A stretch of DNA of 63,986 nt, the filler included, from Porpidia crustulata (taxonomy: Eukaryota), in assembly GCA_964255105.1 (NCBI GenBank). It is 4 parts of 4 records of this genome, joined end to end, with 100 filler letters (N's around TTAATTAATTAA, not from the genome) between each part and the next. Parts side by side here need not be neighbours in the genome. Positions count along the whole stretch, not along the records: positions 1 to 16,306 come from CAXUWE010000264.1; positions 16,407 to 32,694 come from CAXUWE010000265.1; 2 more parts are not named here. The stretch is one strand, 5' to 3'. The stretch's first letter is position 1. Every line of letters begins with the position of its first letter. Below the pieces are notes generated by a model that did not search any database, was not told the origin of the DNA, and saw only the letters and a list, made by a program, of their open reading frames with translations. Positions 14,283-28,000 of the stretch are shown one piece after another. The position numbers and the translations under genes were made by a program.

Positions 14283-15933
14283 ATGCCCAGGAAAACCCCT
14301 TCAGGTTCCGGGCTCCCGGCTTGTTGGAATGAGGAAATGGACCGTTTTATTTGTCGATGTGATGCCCTCGGTGACCTCGAGATGTCTCTGATTATCCTTG
14401 GATTGAAGAGAAACTTCCCGCAGCTCACTCAAGTACGTTCATTTTCAATTCCGATCATGACCGGCAAGGGGCGTTGAGCTAGAGTCTGGCGATTTGCTAG
14501 GAACTAAGCTCACTCATTCTCTCACAACAACCCACAGCGATACGAAATCCTGCACTACGCTGACGCATCAAATAGTACGTCATCACCGAGGAGGCCATCG
14601 AGCGCCGTACCCTTTGCCTTGACCAGATGGAAAACGATTACTTCGTTGAGGGAATGAAAGCTGGGGTCAAAAGAGCCGAGGACCGTGGATATGTGTTGCC
14701 ACCAATGAATTTTGCAAAATACGACACAAAGATGGAAAACATGGCCGAGAAGCTTGGGGTGAGCCTCGTCATTCTTTGATAGGGAGATACGACAGCTTAC
14801 AAGGACTAGGTTTTGGATGAGATCGAGGAGATCAATAGGATCGAAAAACCTGAAGCAGGCATTGCTGTATTGAGCATTGACGGTGAAGCTGGCCATGCGG
14901 GTGAGAGTTCGCGTAGAGGAGACATCAATACGCAGACTGCGTCCAAGGTATCCGTTGCGACAAACTCTGAGTGTCTGTTTCTTCTTCATACTCGAGTTCC
15001 ATAATCACCCAAGTTGCTGTCAACACTCTGTATTTGGGTTTTGCCTCTCTCGGTTCTACGGAGGCCTTAATATCCTACTACGACTGGTTGCTGACGCTTT
15101 TCTAGGAAAACTACATACCTGACTCCAGTAGTCCCACTCGCACTGACTCTAAAGGGTATTCGAACTCCGCATCTACTGGAACGTTTGGCTATAAGTACAA
15201 TCCCAACGAAGCTCAAAAGCACTCGAACAATCTCAAAGCTAGCCATGGTAGCACGGGCTCCCGAAAACAGTCCAATACTAAAGCTGGTGTCGCTCGTGGT
15301 ACATCTAGTTCAGCCCCACCAAATACGCCCGAAAAAGACTACGGGTATCTTGACAATCGCAACTTCAACCGTGTGGGCATGAGTCCTGGAGCTGAGCCAA
15401 ACATCAATCGGACAGCCTTTCGTCGTCCAACCACTCCGAGTCGTGACCCGTCTACACCACTACCCAGAAACCCAGCACGTGTTGTCCAGGAGTCGCCTCG
15501 TGGACGTCGCACTCCAGCCCTCGACTCGCTTCATGACAGCCGCACACCATTTCAGGAACCACTTCAAGGCCTCCGCACACCAATGCAAGAATCACTTCAT
15601 GGTTTCCGCACGTCAGGTCAGGATTCGCTCCATGGCCGCCGCACACCGGTTCAGGAATCATTCCAGGGTCTTCGCGCACCGGCCCAGGAATCGCATCACG
15701 GCCGCCGCACCCCAGTCCAGGATCCACTTCATGGTCGTATTACTCCAGTCCAAGAGCGCTCTCCAAAGAGTATGAGATCTGCAGCTGCCCCGACGAGAAT
15801 TCCCAGCAGCCCCCAGAAGAACTTGAACCCTGCGTCTGGCACCCCTGGAACTCCGCGCAGCCATCGTCAGATTAGCAATGACGGTTCTCATATGGATACT
15901 GGACGCAAGGCTGTCGCGTGGACTCCTAGGTAA
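14283..15933 (+). CDS. Hypothetical protein: small helical N-terminal domain plus disordered C-terminus with 11-aa tandem repeats
   Basis: Four exons join in frame through GT-AG introns (MPRKTPSGSGLPACWNEEMDRFIC.../YVITEEAIERRTLCLDQ.../VLDEIEE.../ENYIPDSS...VAWTPR*). Confidence 0.7.
15502..15765 (+). repeat. Coding tandem repeat, 8 x 33 nt (11 aa, consensus approx. GxRTPxQESLH)
   Basis: GRRTPALDSLH DSRTPFQEPLQ GLRTPMQESLH GFRTSGQDSLH GRRTPVQESFQ GLRAPAQESHH GRRTPVQDPLH GRITPVQERSP. Confidence 0.9.
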
Positions 15934-16306
15934 GAACTTCAGCGGGGATCGGGAGTATCGTGGATTGTGATTTGGTGATCGCTCACTTATCTAGGTTCTC
16001 GGACTACACGGATTAGATTTGTGGAAGGTTGACTGCTATGGGCTGCTAGCTTGCTGAATGGAGGCAATGAGACGATGACCCTGCTAGCGTTGAGAGCAGT
16101 GATTGCTGAGCGATAACAATGAAATGCCTTTCCATCCAGGAGCTGGGAAAAGTCCCGGTATTGCCGGAATCCACACATTCGTGGAAAGTTCCTCGTCTCT
16201 GCCAGATTACAATCTCCACACAGCACAGACCCACCGCACTAGCCTGCACAGCATATCGAGAAATAACCTGCAGCCTACAATTTCGACAGACCTTGAAATC
16301 GGTACC

Positions 16307-16406
16307 NNNNNNNNNNNNNNNNNNNNNNNNNNNNNNNNNNNNNNNNNNNNTTAATTAATTAANNNNNNNNNNNNNNNNNNNNNNNNNNNNNNNNNNNNNN
16401 NNNNNN
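16307..16406. other. Artificial contig linker (N run + TTAATTAATTAA six-frame stop + N run)
   Basis: Same 100-bp spacer occurs three times in the window. Confidence 0.98.
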
Positions 16407-16445
16407 GTGATATTCGTCAGTGATGCGTCCGCGCCCTTTCCTACT

Positions 16446-19274
16446 TCAAGCCTGTTCCTCGTTCCTCTCCTCGACCACTTCCCTCTCCTTGCCGTTTCGC
16501 ATCTTCCTTACGTCCAACGGCCCGGTCGATGTACGAGGGGTCTGCGATCTTGTAGGTGTCCGGGTTGGCCGGGGAGGTAGCGGGGCGGTGTTTTCGCCAT
16601 TGAGGCTGGACTCGCTGGGCTTGTTGTGCAGACTGACACGGCCCATGAGTTGAGAGTTACGGTTACTGGCGTCGTTCCAGGCGTTAAAATCTCTACTGCT
16701 CCAACTGGCTCGGTGGACGCGGGCGCCGAATGGAACATTATGATACGAGGCCTGAGAATGCATGCTGTTGGCTCGACTGGCTCGACTTGTTGGCCCTGCT
16801 AGAGATGCATGAGAAGCCATTGGGTTGGTTTCGACCACATTATCCTCATCTTCGTCTTCGATTTTTGCGACCCGACGGACCGAAGCCACGCTAAAGTACG
16901 GTTCCTTTGATTCTTCGGGTTCCGGGGGTGGCGGTGGAGGCACATCGGGTGCGGTCTTCTCCAAATGATTGAAATACTTTTGCCGGAGTGGTGCCCAGCT
17001 CCTGGGTTTGAATTCCTCGTGGTCGCGAGTGACGGACATATAACTGGAAATAGCTCCGACAACAATTGCAATTAGTAATAAAATGGTAAGGATTCCTTGG
17101 ATGACGATGATCACAATTCCGACGACAGTAGTCGTGATACGCTGCAGGTTGAACCGACTGTCGAAAGCGGCTGACAAAGCTAGAGTAGCGATCTTGCTGA
17201 AGCCTAGTACATAGACCATTAAAGCATTCAAGCGGGCGCCTTCAAAAGGCTTCATTGCAATGATGATGACCAAGGCAATAAACTCAACCACCAGGAGACC
17301 AAACACCTGTGTCAATGGATGACCAGCGGCTCCTCCATAGAAGCAGGCGCGAATGAATTCGTAAACCAGCCAGACGGCAAAGAACCACCATCTTGTCCTT
17401 CGGAAACGTGCCGACAGCCAGCCAAATTTCTTATTATAGTCCTCGTCCTCATGAACCGAGATCCGTTGAGTATCATCATTCACATAATCTACTCTCCACC
17501 ATCGGAACGACCCAGCAGATGCTTTTATTTCGGACTTTTCTGATCTCTTCCTTTCACTTCTAAAGCCGTACCAAGGAACGAAACCAAGAGCTTTTGTCCT
17601 CTCGAGGTGTACCCGATCAGGAATCATTTCGTAGCGCCCATACCGGAGGCGATAGAAACAGGCGTAACCAGCAATAGCGAAGAGGCCAACGAAGAATATC
17701 AAAAATATAATCGCAGCGATCGCTGTGACCCCACCGGATCCATTGTAGACGAATTGGAAGAGTGCTAGGAAGATCATCATGAAGAATCCAATGAGCATGG
17801 TTCGGAGAAGAGCCACGCCGATAAATCCAAGCCAATGGGATCTGAAGAATGTCAATTGATCGTTCCTCATAAGCTTGGTCCTGACGAGGCCCTCGAGTAG
17901 CCATTTGAATCCAATGACCGAGGCAGCGACAAGTACCGCGAGGATCAAGAACCAAAGGAATCCAGTCAGGAATGCATTCGACGCGGGAATATTCTCCTCA
18001 ACAAGCGTACCCGCGAAGCCGGAGAAGTTACCGGGAAGCGGCAAACCCGGCTTTACTGGGGATCCGTACCAGGAATAGCCATCTGCCGCAGTCGCAAGGG
18101 CACCTTCTCTTTTAGCGAGAGCGTGCTCTAAATGCCTTGTCCTCAGTAGCGAAAGGGCATCGCTGGGCGAGCTGACACCACGACGAGATAGGTCAGAGGA
18201 TGTTCTTTTGTAAATCTGAGAGATGACATAACCACCGCCATTGCCATCCGATTCAGGTCCGGTGCCTGCGGCGCCAACACTGCTGGTGTTACCCCTATTA
18301 CTGCCAATAAGTTGGTTGACGCTGTTTTGCATTTTGTTGCTGTAAATCATCCCTGCACTCCAGGCAAAGTTGCTCCAAAATGCAGGGAGCACACTAGGCC
18401 AATTCACGGAGAGAGCTCCAGTGAAGAAGATATGATGGAAGATCGAGAAGATGACCAAGACGGAAAGCGAATGAGCGTAGTGTGTACGCGTTGTGGGGAT
18501 ATGGTTTCCGTAGATAGCAGTGGCAAACGATGCTGCCACTGCGACAATAGTGAAGATTCCTAGAATGGATCCCACGGTCTTTGGCTGAGAGAATGTCGCC
18601 CCATTTGTGATCAGCCCAGAATAACAGCCTATCTCGGATTGTGTTGAATTGGCATAGATACGCAAAAAGGCTTGACCCTCAAAATCCGGAATGACTAGAG
18701 CAATTGATGGAATCCCAGCGACGTCTGATTGCGATACTGGAATGATACCGCTGGCTTCGATTGGAATTGTCGCATTCGTTGGGCAAAGACTGAGGTGTGT
18801 TAATGAGTAAACAACGGTGGACCGCATGGATACTCACCTGTAGATTTGGGCGTTGCATGGATTGAAGTTCAAGTTGAACCGCGGAGAACCATAGGCATAG
18901 ACACCAATGGACACTATGATGTTTCATTAGGCTGATACCACCCCCGGAAAGGCGGACGTACTCATCAAGCTCTCGTTGGTCATGGCAGTGTTTCCCTCCA
19001 AGTGAAACAACACCGTCATATTGTCGGCATAGTAAGCAGCATCGAAACGCGTGACATTAATCAAGGAGTTGCCCAGGCAGTCCCCAAAGTTCTGTGTGTA
19101 CAACGCTGGTTTCCTGTCGTCGGCCAGGTAGATGACTTCTCCCGCATTATTGGTGGTTTGTATGACTTTAGTATCGATGGCAGTGGTGAGATCTATAAAG
19201 GAAAAAAGAGACATTAGGAGGAACAAAACGCTCGACCATGATGCATGGCTGGAGCTTGCTCGTGCAAAGGCCAT
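16446..19274 (-). CDS. FLC/Pkd2-family TRP-like membrane protein (ML-like TRP_N domain + TRP domain)
   Basis: Signal peptide, RKPALYTQNFGDCLG..INVTRFDAAYY.DN.TV.FH, FNPCN, IPDFEG, GALSVNWPSVL.AFWSNFAWS, multiple TM helices, KKFGWLSARFRRTRWWF; 2 introns. Confidence 0.9.
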
Positions 19275-20426
19275 GTTGGATTTGATGTGATTTGATTAGG
19301 GACGCGGTGAGCCCACGGCCAGGTGAGCTGTATGAGTCTTCCAGGTGCAAGTGACAAGGTGTTGTGGACGTCGTTTGCGTTATCTCTGGCCCCCAGCCTT
19401 CGAGATTATCTCAGCGAGTGATGACGGCGGTGCTAGCGAGTGAATCGGACATTTCCCATTAAACTTCACTTTGGCAGCGGACCAACATATTGTACAAGAT
19501 CGTTCGGTCGGGTGTAGGACACAACGAATGTCGTTGAAGTTTACCGTTGAAACAAAGGAGAGTGTCACTGCTTGGGGGGAGTATGCGTGCGTGAAGGAAA
19601 ACGAAAGGGAAAGCGAGAAGATCCGGGCAATTCAAGGATTGTACGTGGGAGGGTTCGCTATGCCGGAATAGGAATAATACTTTAATCAACTTCCTGAAGT
19701 GGCTGATGTACATTCATACCTTCGTACCACCACGACTTTGACACCGAACACACCGAACGCACTTGTCACTCATTGCCATTGGTAGATAATCTGGTCACAC
19801 TCTGCATGCTCAGCTCTACAAATTAATAATCGCTCGTCCATCAGCATCCGCTACGCATCCTTTGGGTTTCACTGCTCATGAATCATCTGCTTCAGTTGGC
19901 AGATCCGAAGATGCCGGTCAAGCATACCATTGGTCCACGGGTTTACCGCGCGGCCACACCTGTTCGCCCAAAGCATTCCTGCCGGAGGCCGACAGAGCAG
20001 AACCTCCGTTCGCGTCCTAATTCGCGCTCATTGTGGATTGCACCTCATGATTACACAATGCGACAGCGACAACGTAAGAAGATGGTCACCGCCTCCATGT
20101 ATCTTGAGAAAGTACCATCTATGTACAACCTCTTACGTCTGTCGAGCGGGATTTCTCCCCGTGTTGATGTCTCTCCGACAGTAGAGCGCAATATGTCATA
20201 CTTCGAACCACGGTCTAGGTGCCCTAATTTGCCCGCTATGACGGCGTGCTTCTTGACGACATTATTGTCAAGTTCGAGCACAGCCAAAGGAGAACCATGG
20301 AATGAGACTCTATGTTTTTGTATAACCAAAAAGGTCACAGCAGCATATATCGATGGTCGAATGACTTGATCGAAGGATTGACATGTCACGGGCAAGTCTT
20401 GTAGAACTACATAGCCACAATTCCCG

Positions 20427-22467
20427 TCAGGCATCCAGCTTGAGTCTATCCAATAGCGAATCAATCTTGCCTAACAGAATCTGGTAATTCACTGCATCGC
20501 CTGCGAACTCGTCTCCAGCTATCTCTCCATCCAATGTCCTAACAGCACCATCGCGCATCCTATCTTCTACACTGGGAAACGAGTCCAGTGTAAGTGTGGC
20601 TTGCCCATTAGAAGCTGCGGCGTCAAAGTCGTGATCTTTGGCGCCATTACAGTCAATAGAGATCAGTTTGGTCTCTGTGACAACGGAGCCGTTGGCCAGC
20701 TCATTCTCCTCCTCCATCATCTCTTCAAGACCTGCATCTTCGAACCTCAGGCGAAAGCGTTCCGAGAGGTAATAACGGATATCATCCAGCAGCTCGATAC
20801 TGTCGGTCTCCTGTCTGCCCTTGATTCTGGCCGCGCTCTCGGTGATTAGCTCTGCGAAATCTTCCTCATCAATGTAATCTTCCAATCTATATGCAAAGTA
20901 CCGAGCGCCAAATTCTTCTAATCGAGGTACCCGCGTTGACCAGCCAGCTCGGACAACATCGTAAATATCTATATCATTGTCTTGTATTTTTGAATCATCA
21001 AGGTTCTGCTGAGTAGCAGGTAGCTGGGCCATCGTAGCGTTGCCGTGAGTACTTACGATTACCGCAGCTTTGAGTTTCAATTTTTCTATGAGTAAGAGAT
21101 CGGCGGCGAAGAGAACGTCAATTGCAATATTCAAAGGAAAATCTGTCTTTTCCGTGTAGAGAAAGGTAATAACAGTTTCGAGAACTTGGGGAGAGCAATC
21201 AATGGGGATAATGCGGAGACGATCCGTGTTTTGGGCCTCGAGAAAGGCGGAGGAGAACATGGTAAGGAAAAATTCTCCCCTCATTAGGATGGCGCGATGA
21301 GCAGGGAAAAGAGTGGATTTCCGTGTTTTTCGAGTCCGAGACTGAGAACGGGACGTTCGCAAAGTTGGACCAACTGGTATTCCATTCAAAGAGCCGAGAG
21401 TATTGCGTGTTGTATTTAGACTACTGTTGACAAGAGGTTCCGGTTCTGTATCCTCCTCAGGATTGTCTGCTCGCAACAGAACATCAGCGAAGATGCCGTT
21501 ATCTCGGTCCCATTTCACACCGTCCGCCTTCTCCGTATCAACAACAACTTTGTGTTTAAGCACATTTTCTCGAAACCACGTTTCTAGCTGACTTCGCCCC
21601 TTTTCTACCTCGTCTGTCCGACGCTGTCTCGCAAGTCTGCGATCCCCCCCGTCCAATACATCCTCCCACAAACTCCTAATCTCCAACTGCCTACTGATCT
21701 TGTCGATGCCTTCTAGTATGTCGTCTTCGGAGTATCCAGTCCCTGGGCCTCCACCTACGTCCGTAGGTATTTCGCCAAGATACAAATACTTGATAGCGAT
21801 AGTAAAGGCTTGAGGTGGAATTATAGGTGGTAATTTCCAAGATGTGATCTCTGGAGTAGCTAAGAGCTTCTTCCGAAAATAAGGGGAGCGCGCTGAGAGG
21901 ACTATCTTGTGAAGATGAAAGACCTCACTTGTAGTTGCTACCGTTATATCGGATGTTTGAGGATGATCGCGGGTCAACAGGGATGTGACATGCGCGGCAA
22001 ATGGCTGTAATGGATCTGTAGACTTGGAATAGTCGTATGAGAGGAGCAGATTCCGTATTCTGTCGTTCAGAGCATTGTATAAACATCGCTCGCCTTGGAA
22101 CGTATCTCTTTCGCACAGAGCGCCAGACTCGAGTAAGAGCTGAACAACTTCATAATGGCCACATAGACTAGCCTTCGAAGAGCGACTATTAGCGAGTGGA
22201 ATCTTAGATGAGTATAGAAATTGCGTCGACGAGCCAGGTACTCACTAAGATCAAGGGTGTATAATCAAATCTGTCCCGTGCATTAATATTTATCCCCTGC
22301 ATTATCAGCACTTGACAAGCTTTAATATCACCCCGACGGGAAGCTTCACAGAGCTCGGAAAAGCCCTCGCTGAGGTCCAGTGGGTTCTCCTCCCTCAATC
22401 TACCATCCTCGATGAGTTGGTTCTCCTCGTGGAGTGTGATTTCGAGCTGGTCTTTTCTAAAAACCAT
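20427..22467 (-). CDS. Ankyrin-repeat and BTB/POZ domain protein (Btb3/ABTB1-like Cul3 adaptor)
   Basis: LCEASRRGD...NARDRFDYTPLIL/ASLCGHYEVVQLLLESGALCERDTFQGERCLYNAL, two BTB motifs (FHLHKIVLSARSPYF; FPAHRAILMRGEFF). Confidence 0.92.
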
Positions 22468-22823
22468 GACTGGAGGAAGGGGAGAAAGAAGTCTGGCTGA
22501 CCAGCAGCGCCCATTCAACCACCCATCCACGCCATCGTAAGGACTGCACAATGACAACATTCCGCTTGTGGGCGTATTGGGCAACGGAAAGTCGGCAGTT
22601 CGGGTGACTGATTATCTTATCGCAACTTGACCTGAGAATGCTTTGGTTGCTGCACCAACAGCAATATTGTCAACACGGTCCATCATGGTCACTAGACACA
22701 AAGTACCAGAAAGGTTTATATAATTTAATCACCTTATCTCAATTGAGTCAATAATATTCTGGTAGGCTTGCGTTGCTACTTCGATTTGCTGTCGTCAGTG
22801 GACATAAGTAACCCCAGCTAAAG

Positions 22824-25076
22824 ATGGCGAGTTCGACGGAATCCGAGAAGTATGAGGTGCTTGAAAAGATTGGTATGTACAGAAAGTATACGGGACACGG
22901 GTGCAGTCCGTGATTAACGCCTCTTCAGGCCATGGATCATTTGGAATAATAAGGAAAGTGAAGCGACACTCTGATGGCCTTGTAAGTGGCACTCCGAGGT
23001 GTTCAAAGTTCGGTAGAAACTGATATGCAGCTTTTAGATTCTCTGTCGGAAGGAGATCAGTTACCTCAAAATGTCAATGAAAGAACGTGAACAATTGCAT
23101 GCAGAGTTCTCAATTCTGCATTCATTGAAACATCCCAATATTGTCGGCTACTACCATCGCGAACATCTCAAATCATCCCAAGACTTGCACCTGTATATGG
23201 AATATTGTGGAGGAGGGGATTTAAGTAAAGTGATTAAGAAGCTTCAACATAACAACCAATTTGCCGAAGAGGACTTTGTCTGGAGTATTTTTGCACAGAT
23301 CGTCACCGCACTGTATCGATGTCACTATGGCGCCGATCCACCAGAGGTGGGAAAGAACTGCATGGGAGGTAGTAATGTGGCCAAGCGTACCGTGTTGCGT
23401 TCGAAGACTCAGGTCATGATATTACATCGTGACCTAAAACCGGAGAACAGTAAGCTGTTCAGCCCATTTTCGAACATGTCACTGTGATGCTTACTGTTGC
23501 AGTATTTCTTGGCGCTGATAACTCCGTCAAGCTCGGAGACTTCGGACTATCCAAACTAATGCAGTCGCATGACTTCGCCTCGACCTACGTCGGAACACCA
23601 TTCTATATGTCTCCTGAAATCTGTGCTGCAGAACGATACACTCTCCATTCAGATATCTGGTCTCTTGGGTGTATCATGTACGAGCTTTGCACAAAGGAAC
23701 CCCCATTCAACGCAAAAACCCACTTTCACCTGGTGCAGAAGATCAAGCTGGGTAAAGTGACGCCTTTACCGACAGTCTACTCGCCAGAGCTGCAAAAGGT
23801 TATCTTGAGCTGCCTAGAAACGAATCCCTCGAAGCGACCAGACACGGCTCAGCTACTCCAACTCCCAGTAGTCCGACTAATGCGCAAGGAGCGAGAGGTC
23901 GCGGACGTTGGCAGGCTGTTGCAGGCGCAGACAGAACAAGCTCAAACTCAGGCCCGAGAGGCGGTAGAGAAGCTTGAGATCTTGAAGGTGGAGCACGATA
24001 AGATGCGAGGTAGCGTCGAATCAACCGTGCGTCGAGAGTGGGAAGTCAAAGCACGATTGGAAATCGAACGCCAGATCCAGCTCGAGACCGAGAAACTCCA
24101 AAAGAAATACGAAGCCGAAGTCCGGTCTCGTGTTGACTTGGAAGTCCAACGCTACATTCGCGGTCTCAACGCCCCCAAAGAAGCATTGCCAACTCCTCCA
24201 CCAGAATCTCAATCCTCAACCGCTACCGGTATCTCAGCTTCCTCCGCTTCCTTTACCGACCTCAGCTCTCTGTCTCTTGACTCACCACCTTCCTTGAAAC
24301 CCACGTCCAACCCAGTCCCACAGCCAAGGAAAACAGCACGTACTCCGTTCTCCCGCGCCCGCACTCAATACGACTCCCCTATGGACGTACCAATGTGTGA
24401 CCCCTCCCCCATGTCCATCGCCTCTTTAGCCCTCTCTCCACGCCGCACTGCCACTGCAAACGTCTCAGGCATACCAAACAGCCAAAATATCTTTGCTGCC
24501 GCTGCTGCACAACAAAAATCCTCCAAACTCACCACTTCGTTCTCGCATTCCGATCCAGCAATCCTCGAAGACGATGAGGAGGAAGACGATCTCCTTCCAT
24601 GCCTACCCTCTCCCACTCGACTCCCTTCCTCTCAAGACCCATTCAAACTCCCTTCTTCATCCCGTCCGGGCCTGATGAGGCAAAACACAGCCCCAACGAA
24701 GCGCCTAACAACGCAGCCGTCTCTCTTTCCCACAAATAACCCACCTCAACGACCAGCCCGTATCCCTTCCCCACCCAACACCTCGTATGGTTCTCCAGTC
24801 CGTAAAGCACCTCCTCGACCCACCACAATCGTCACAACAATGGGCACTGGAGAGAACGAAATGTTCAAGGCCGTCATGCACAAGAAGTTTTCGGCCGGGA
24901 ATGGAGGGGCTATAGGAGGAGCAAGCGGTGGGAGAACTTTGGTCGAGCTTGCGCAGGCGAGGGCCGGTGGTAGGGCTGCTGTTGAGGACAAGGAGGTAGT
25001 AGTGTGGGACCCAGAAAAGGATGACATGCCGAGTCCATTCCTTGTCAGGGGAGGCAAGGGTTTAAGAAGACTTTGA
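22824..25076 (+). CDS. nimA: G2/M NIMA (NEK family) serine/threonine kinase
   Basis: KYEVLEKIG/HGSFGIIRKV/ILCRKEISY, HRDLKPEN, DFGLSK..SHDFASTYVGTPFYMSPE, coiled coil, C-terminal GRTLVELAQAR...VWDPEKDDMPSPFL. Confidence 0.96.
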
Positions 25077-28000
25077 AGAGTGGTCGGTGATATGTGGAGG
25101 TATGGAATTCGAATTGAAATACCGATGTTTTGCGACGACTGGATGATGGTTGAAAACAGAGCTGGTGGATCTTTTGGGATTTTTGATGGGGGATTTTGGT
25201 TACAATTGTCCTTCCGGTCTTTCGAATTAACTTGACGCAAAAAAAGGAAAAGGAGTTTTGATCGGTGGTTGCATCGCACATGATGGCGTTGACCAAGGTA
25301 TTGGTTTTTTGGACCTTTCATTGCATAGCGCTGCATCATTGAGCGGGTGAGTAGCATTCTCTTCTTATGAAGCGGTCTCAAGCTGTAGATATCTCAAGGC
25401 ATCTACATTTCTAAGCCACAAGTACGGGGAAAGCAGTACACATATGCGGCTCGTTTCACATTGAGGGTTTTGCAAGTATAGTCATGAGATGCTTCTTGTT
25501 CGTCGAGGACAACACAGTGACTTGATAGATATCCCGGATAACATTCATAAGATAAGAGAGAGCCTATCCAGAAGACGGTCTAGAAGTTCGATACTTGAGA
25601 ATTCTTGGCTTTGCGCTCACTTTTGCTCTGTTTGCCGTCGGCGACATGAGAAGTCCTTTACAGATGAGAACCGGTATTGGCCTTTCGTCTTCATTACTTG
25701 AGGTCTGCCGCAATTCCAATTAGACCGACTTGATGCCTTTTGATACAGAGTCGCACGTGGATATTCCGGCTAGTCGGCTAAATCATCTTTGGCTAGGATG
25801 GAATCTCCTACACAAGGCAATCTCTTGATGTCCGGAAGATAAAGCTTGTTCATGTCAGGCTCATTGCTCACGGACGGTTTGGCTCCGCGGCTTAGTAAAT
25901 GTTGATGGGAGAGATCGTGGTATAGAATTAGTAAAATAGAGAGTAGCTTGATAGTTGAATTCACAAAGAGCGAAGGTCCAAGGACATGTAAGAGATAGCG
26001 GCCATCAGGGGTTGATGACCGTACGTTTTTGAATCCACGCGACGTAGCCTGAATAGGAAGATCAACATCCTCAAATTCAATGTTTGATGGCACCTGCACA
26101 GCAGCTTATCTTACGTTTCATGGGAAGTGACTCTTCGTACCTCGATCAGTCTAGAGTAACTCTGAAGTCTTACAATATTGCGACGAATCTATCAAATGCC
26201 ATGAACAGTCGTGGACGTATGTACTTATCTCCTGCTTTTACCCTCCGACCATTTTTCGAAGGAATAGAATGCAATGTATCCCACGCACCCAAGTCTAGAA
26301 CTAGGAGTACTATTGTGAGGTAGTTGTCAATGTTGTATTCCTGCTCCCCTCGAAACTTTCTCTTATAACCAACTCCATGAGTGAGAACAACTAGATTCCA
26401 CTTAGCTACACACCACTGATAGCATTATGGTGCTCGAAAATAGAATAAGCACCGCTGTGGTAATTGCTTTGGATCTATTACTTATCCAAATTGCTTACCG
26501 ACTGAAGTGAGATGGATTCTAGCAGCTGAATCTACAGTACCATTCTTGACGCCTGGAAACCTGGATCTGACGAGGATAATTTTGCTCCACACATGCCTAC
26601 CACAGCTCATAGGAAAAAAGAAAAATCTTTGTCTCTGATTTCAAGCCGCTACACTAGCACTCGTAACATGGTTCCGAGGAAGTTGAGAATCTGCAAAACG
26701 AATACGAATTCCTCATAGGGGCTTGGTGAATAGGCACTCATAAGTAGAATTGAACATTTAGACAAGGAACAGCTACCTACAATTGAAGCTTTGCCACGCT
26801 ACTAGCCAATTGCCGGTCAAGTACACGGTCGATCTATGACAAGATGCATAAGGATAGAGATTCGAGGCAGTTCGGACGTCCTGGAGGTATGAATCTTTGA
26901 CTTGTCGCTGTTGTGGACGCTTGATACCACTACTGGTTTTAGCCAGCCGCGGCCTGAATATGGCCGAACCCTTAATTTTAATGAGTGACGCTGATGACCA
27001 TACAGTAGGTAGCGTTGCTGCAATGTTAAGCATGGGCAGTCAGCCAGTCTCGAGCCAGTTTGTCCAACTCGAGGCAATGGCTTTTTGAGGTAGTACTAAA
27101 CGTTGTTAAAGTGCAGATCTGCGGTCTGGTAGAATCTTTCTGAATCATCTGTTCAGATGGACAACGGCCAACGAGAGATCGTCTTGTCTCGTGCATTCAA
27201 GTTGACCACCAGGGAAATGAGACTTCATGGACCGCCAGGTACGTTTACCTTATGTTCAAACTCGGCTAGTTAATTTCATGGCTCATGGCTTTTGGCTTTC
27301 ATGGTTAGTCTAGCCGCTGATAGCTTAGGGGGAAGGTAAGCGAGATGCAGGGTACCTGTGTTTTGGTACACTCCAAACGTGATACGCTCTGTGGCTCTCA
27401 TCGTTTGTACGTTTTACCTTACTTAATAATATACCATTATTGCGATCCCTTTGCTATGCATGCTATTGTTTCGATGGGTAGGTACGTCATGTACGTGTTC
27501 TCTCACCATCTGTCACTGCTTTGTTGCTTATCGGTACAGTAACATGCCGCATATCAGCGCACTTATGTCATTGTCTTTTCGCAATTTTCCACCTGAAAAA
27601 TATATTGCGCCTTAAAATAGACGGCAAGGGTGCGGCTTCTGGTCAAAATGATCTTCAGTTGCGGTTCCGCGCAAAAATCAATGCGACCGGGTTCGGCTCT
27701 TATGTTTCTAGCGGGCACTGACTGCTGATCTGCTCAGTGGGATAAGAGCCTCAGGCGATCACTGTCAAATCTGGACACTCCTAAATGGCTATTTGTAGAC
27801 ACTTGTTGCTGAGGCTAGATCATCGTGAACATCTTTGCAAAAATAGTACTTGACAGACGCATCAGGGAGACTTGATGGACTCACGAAAGAAACGACAAGG
27901 TAGATGACTATGAACATCCGAATACAATTACCGCACACGATACGGTTAAGTCTGGTTCCCTATCCCAGCATTACATGTATCGAAAGTATAGATAACGGAG

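Noticed and set aside
16351..16362. TTAATTAATTAA palindrome/PacI-like site, repeated three times
   Set aside because: Embedded in N runs; an assembly linker, not biology or a piggyBac TTAA site.
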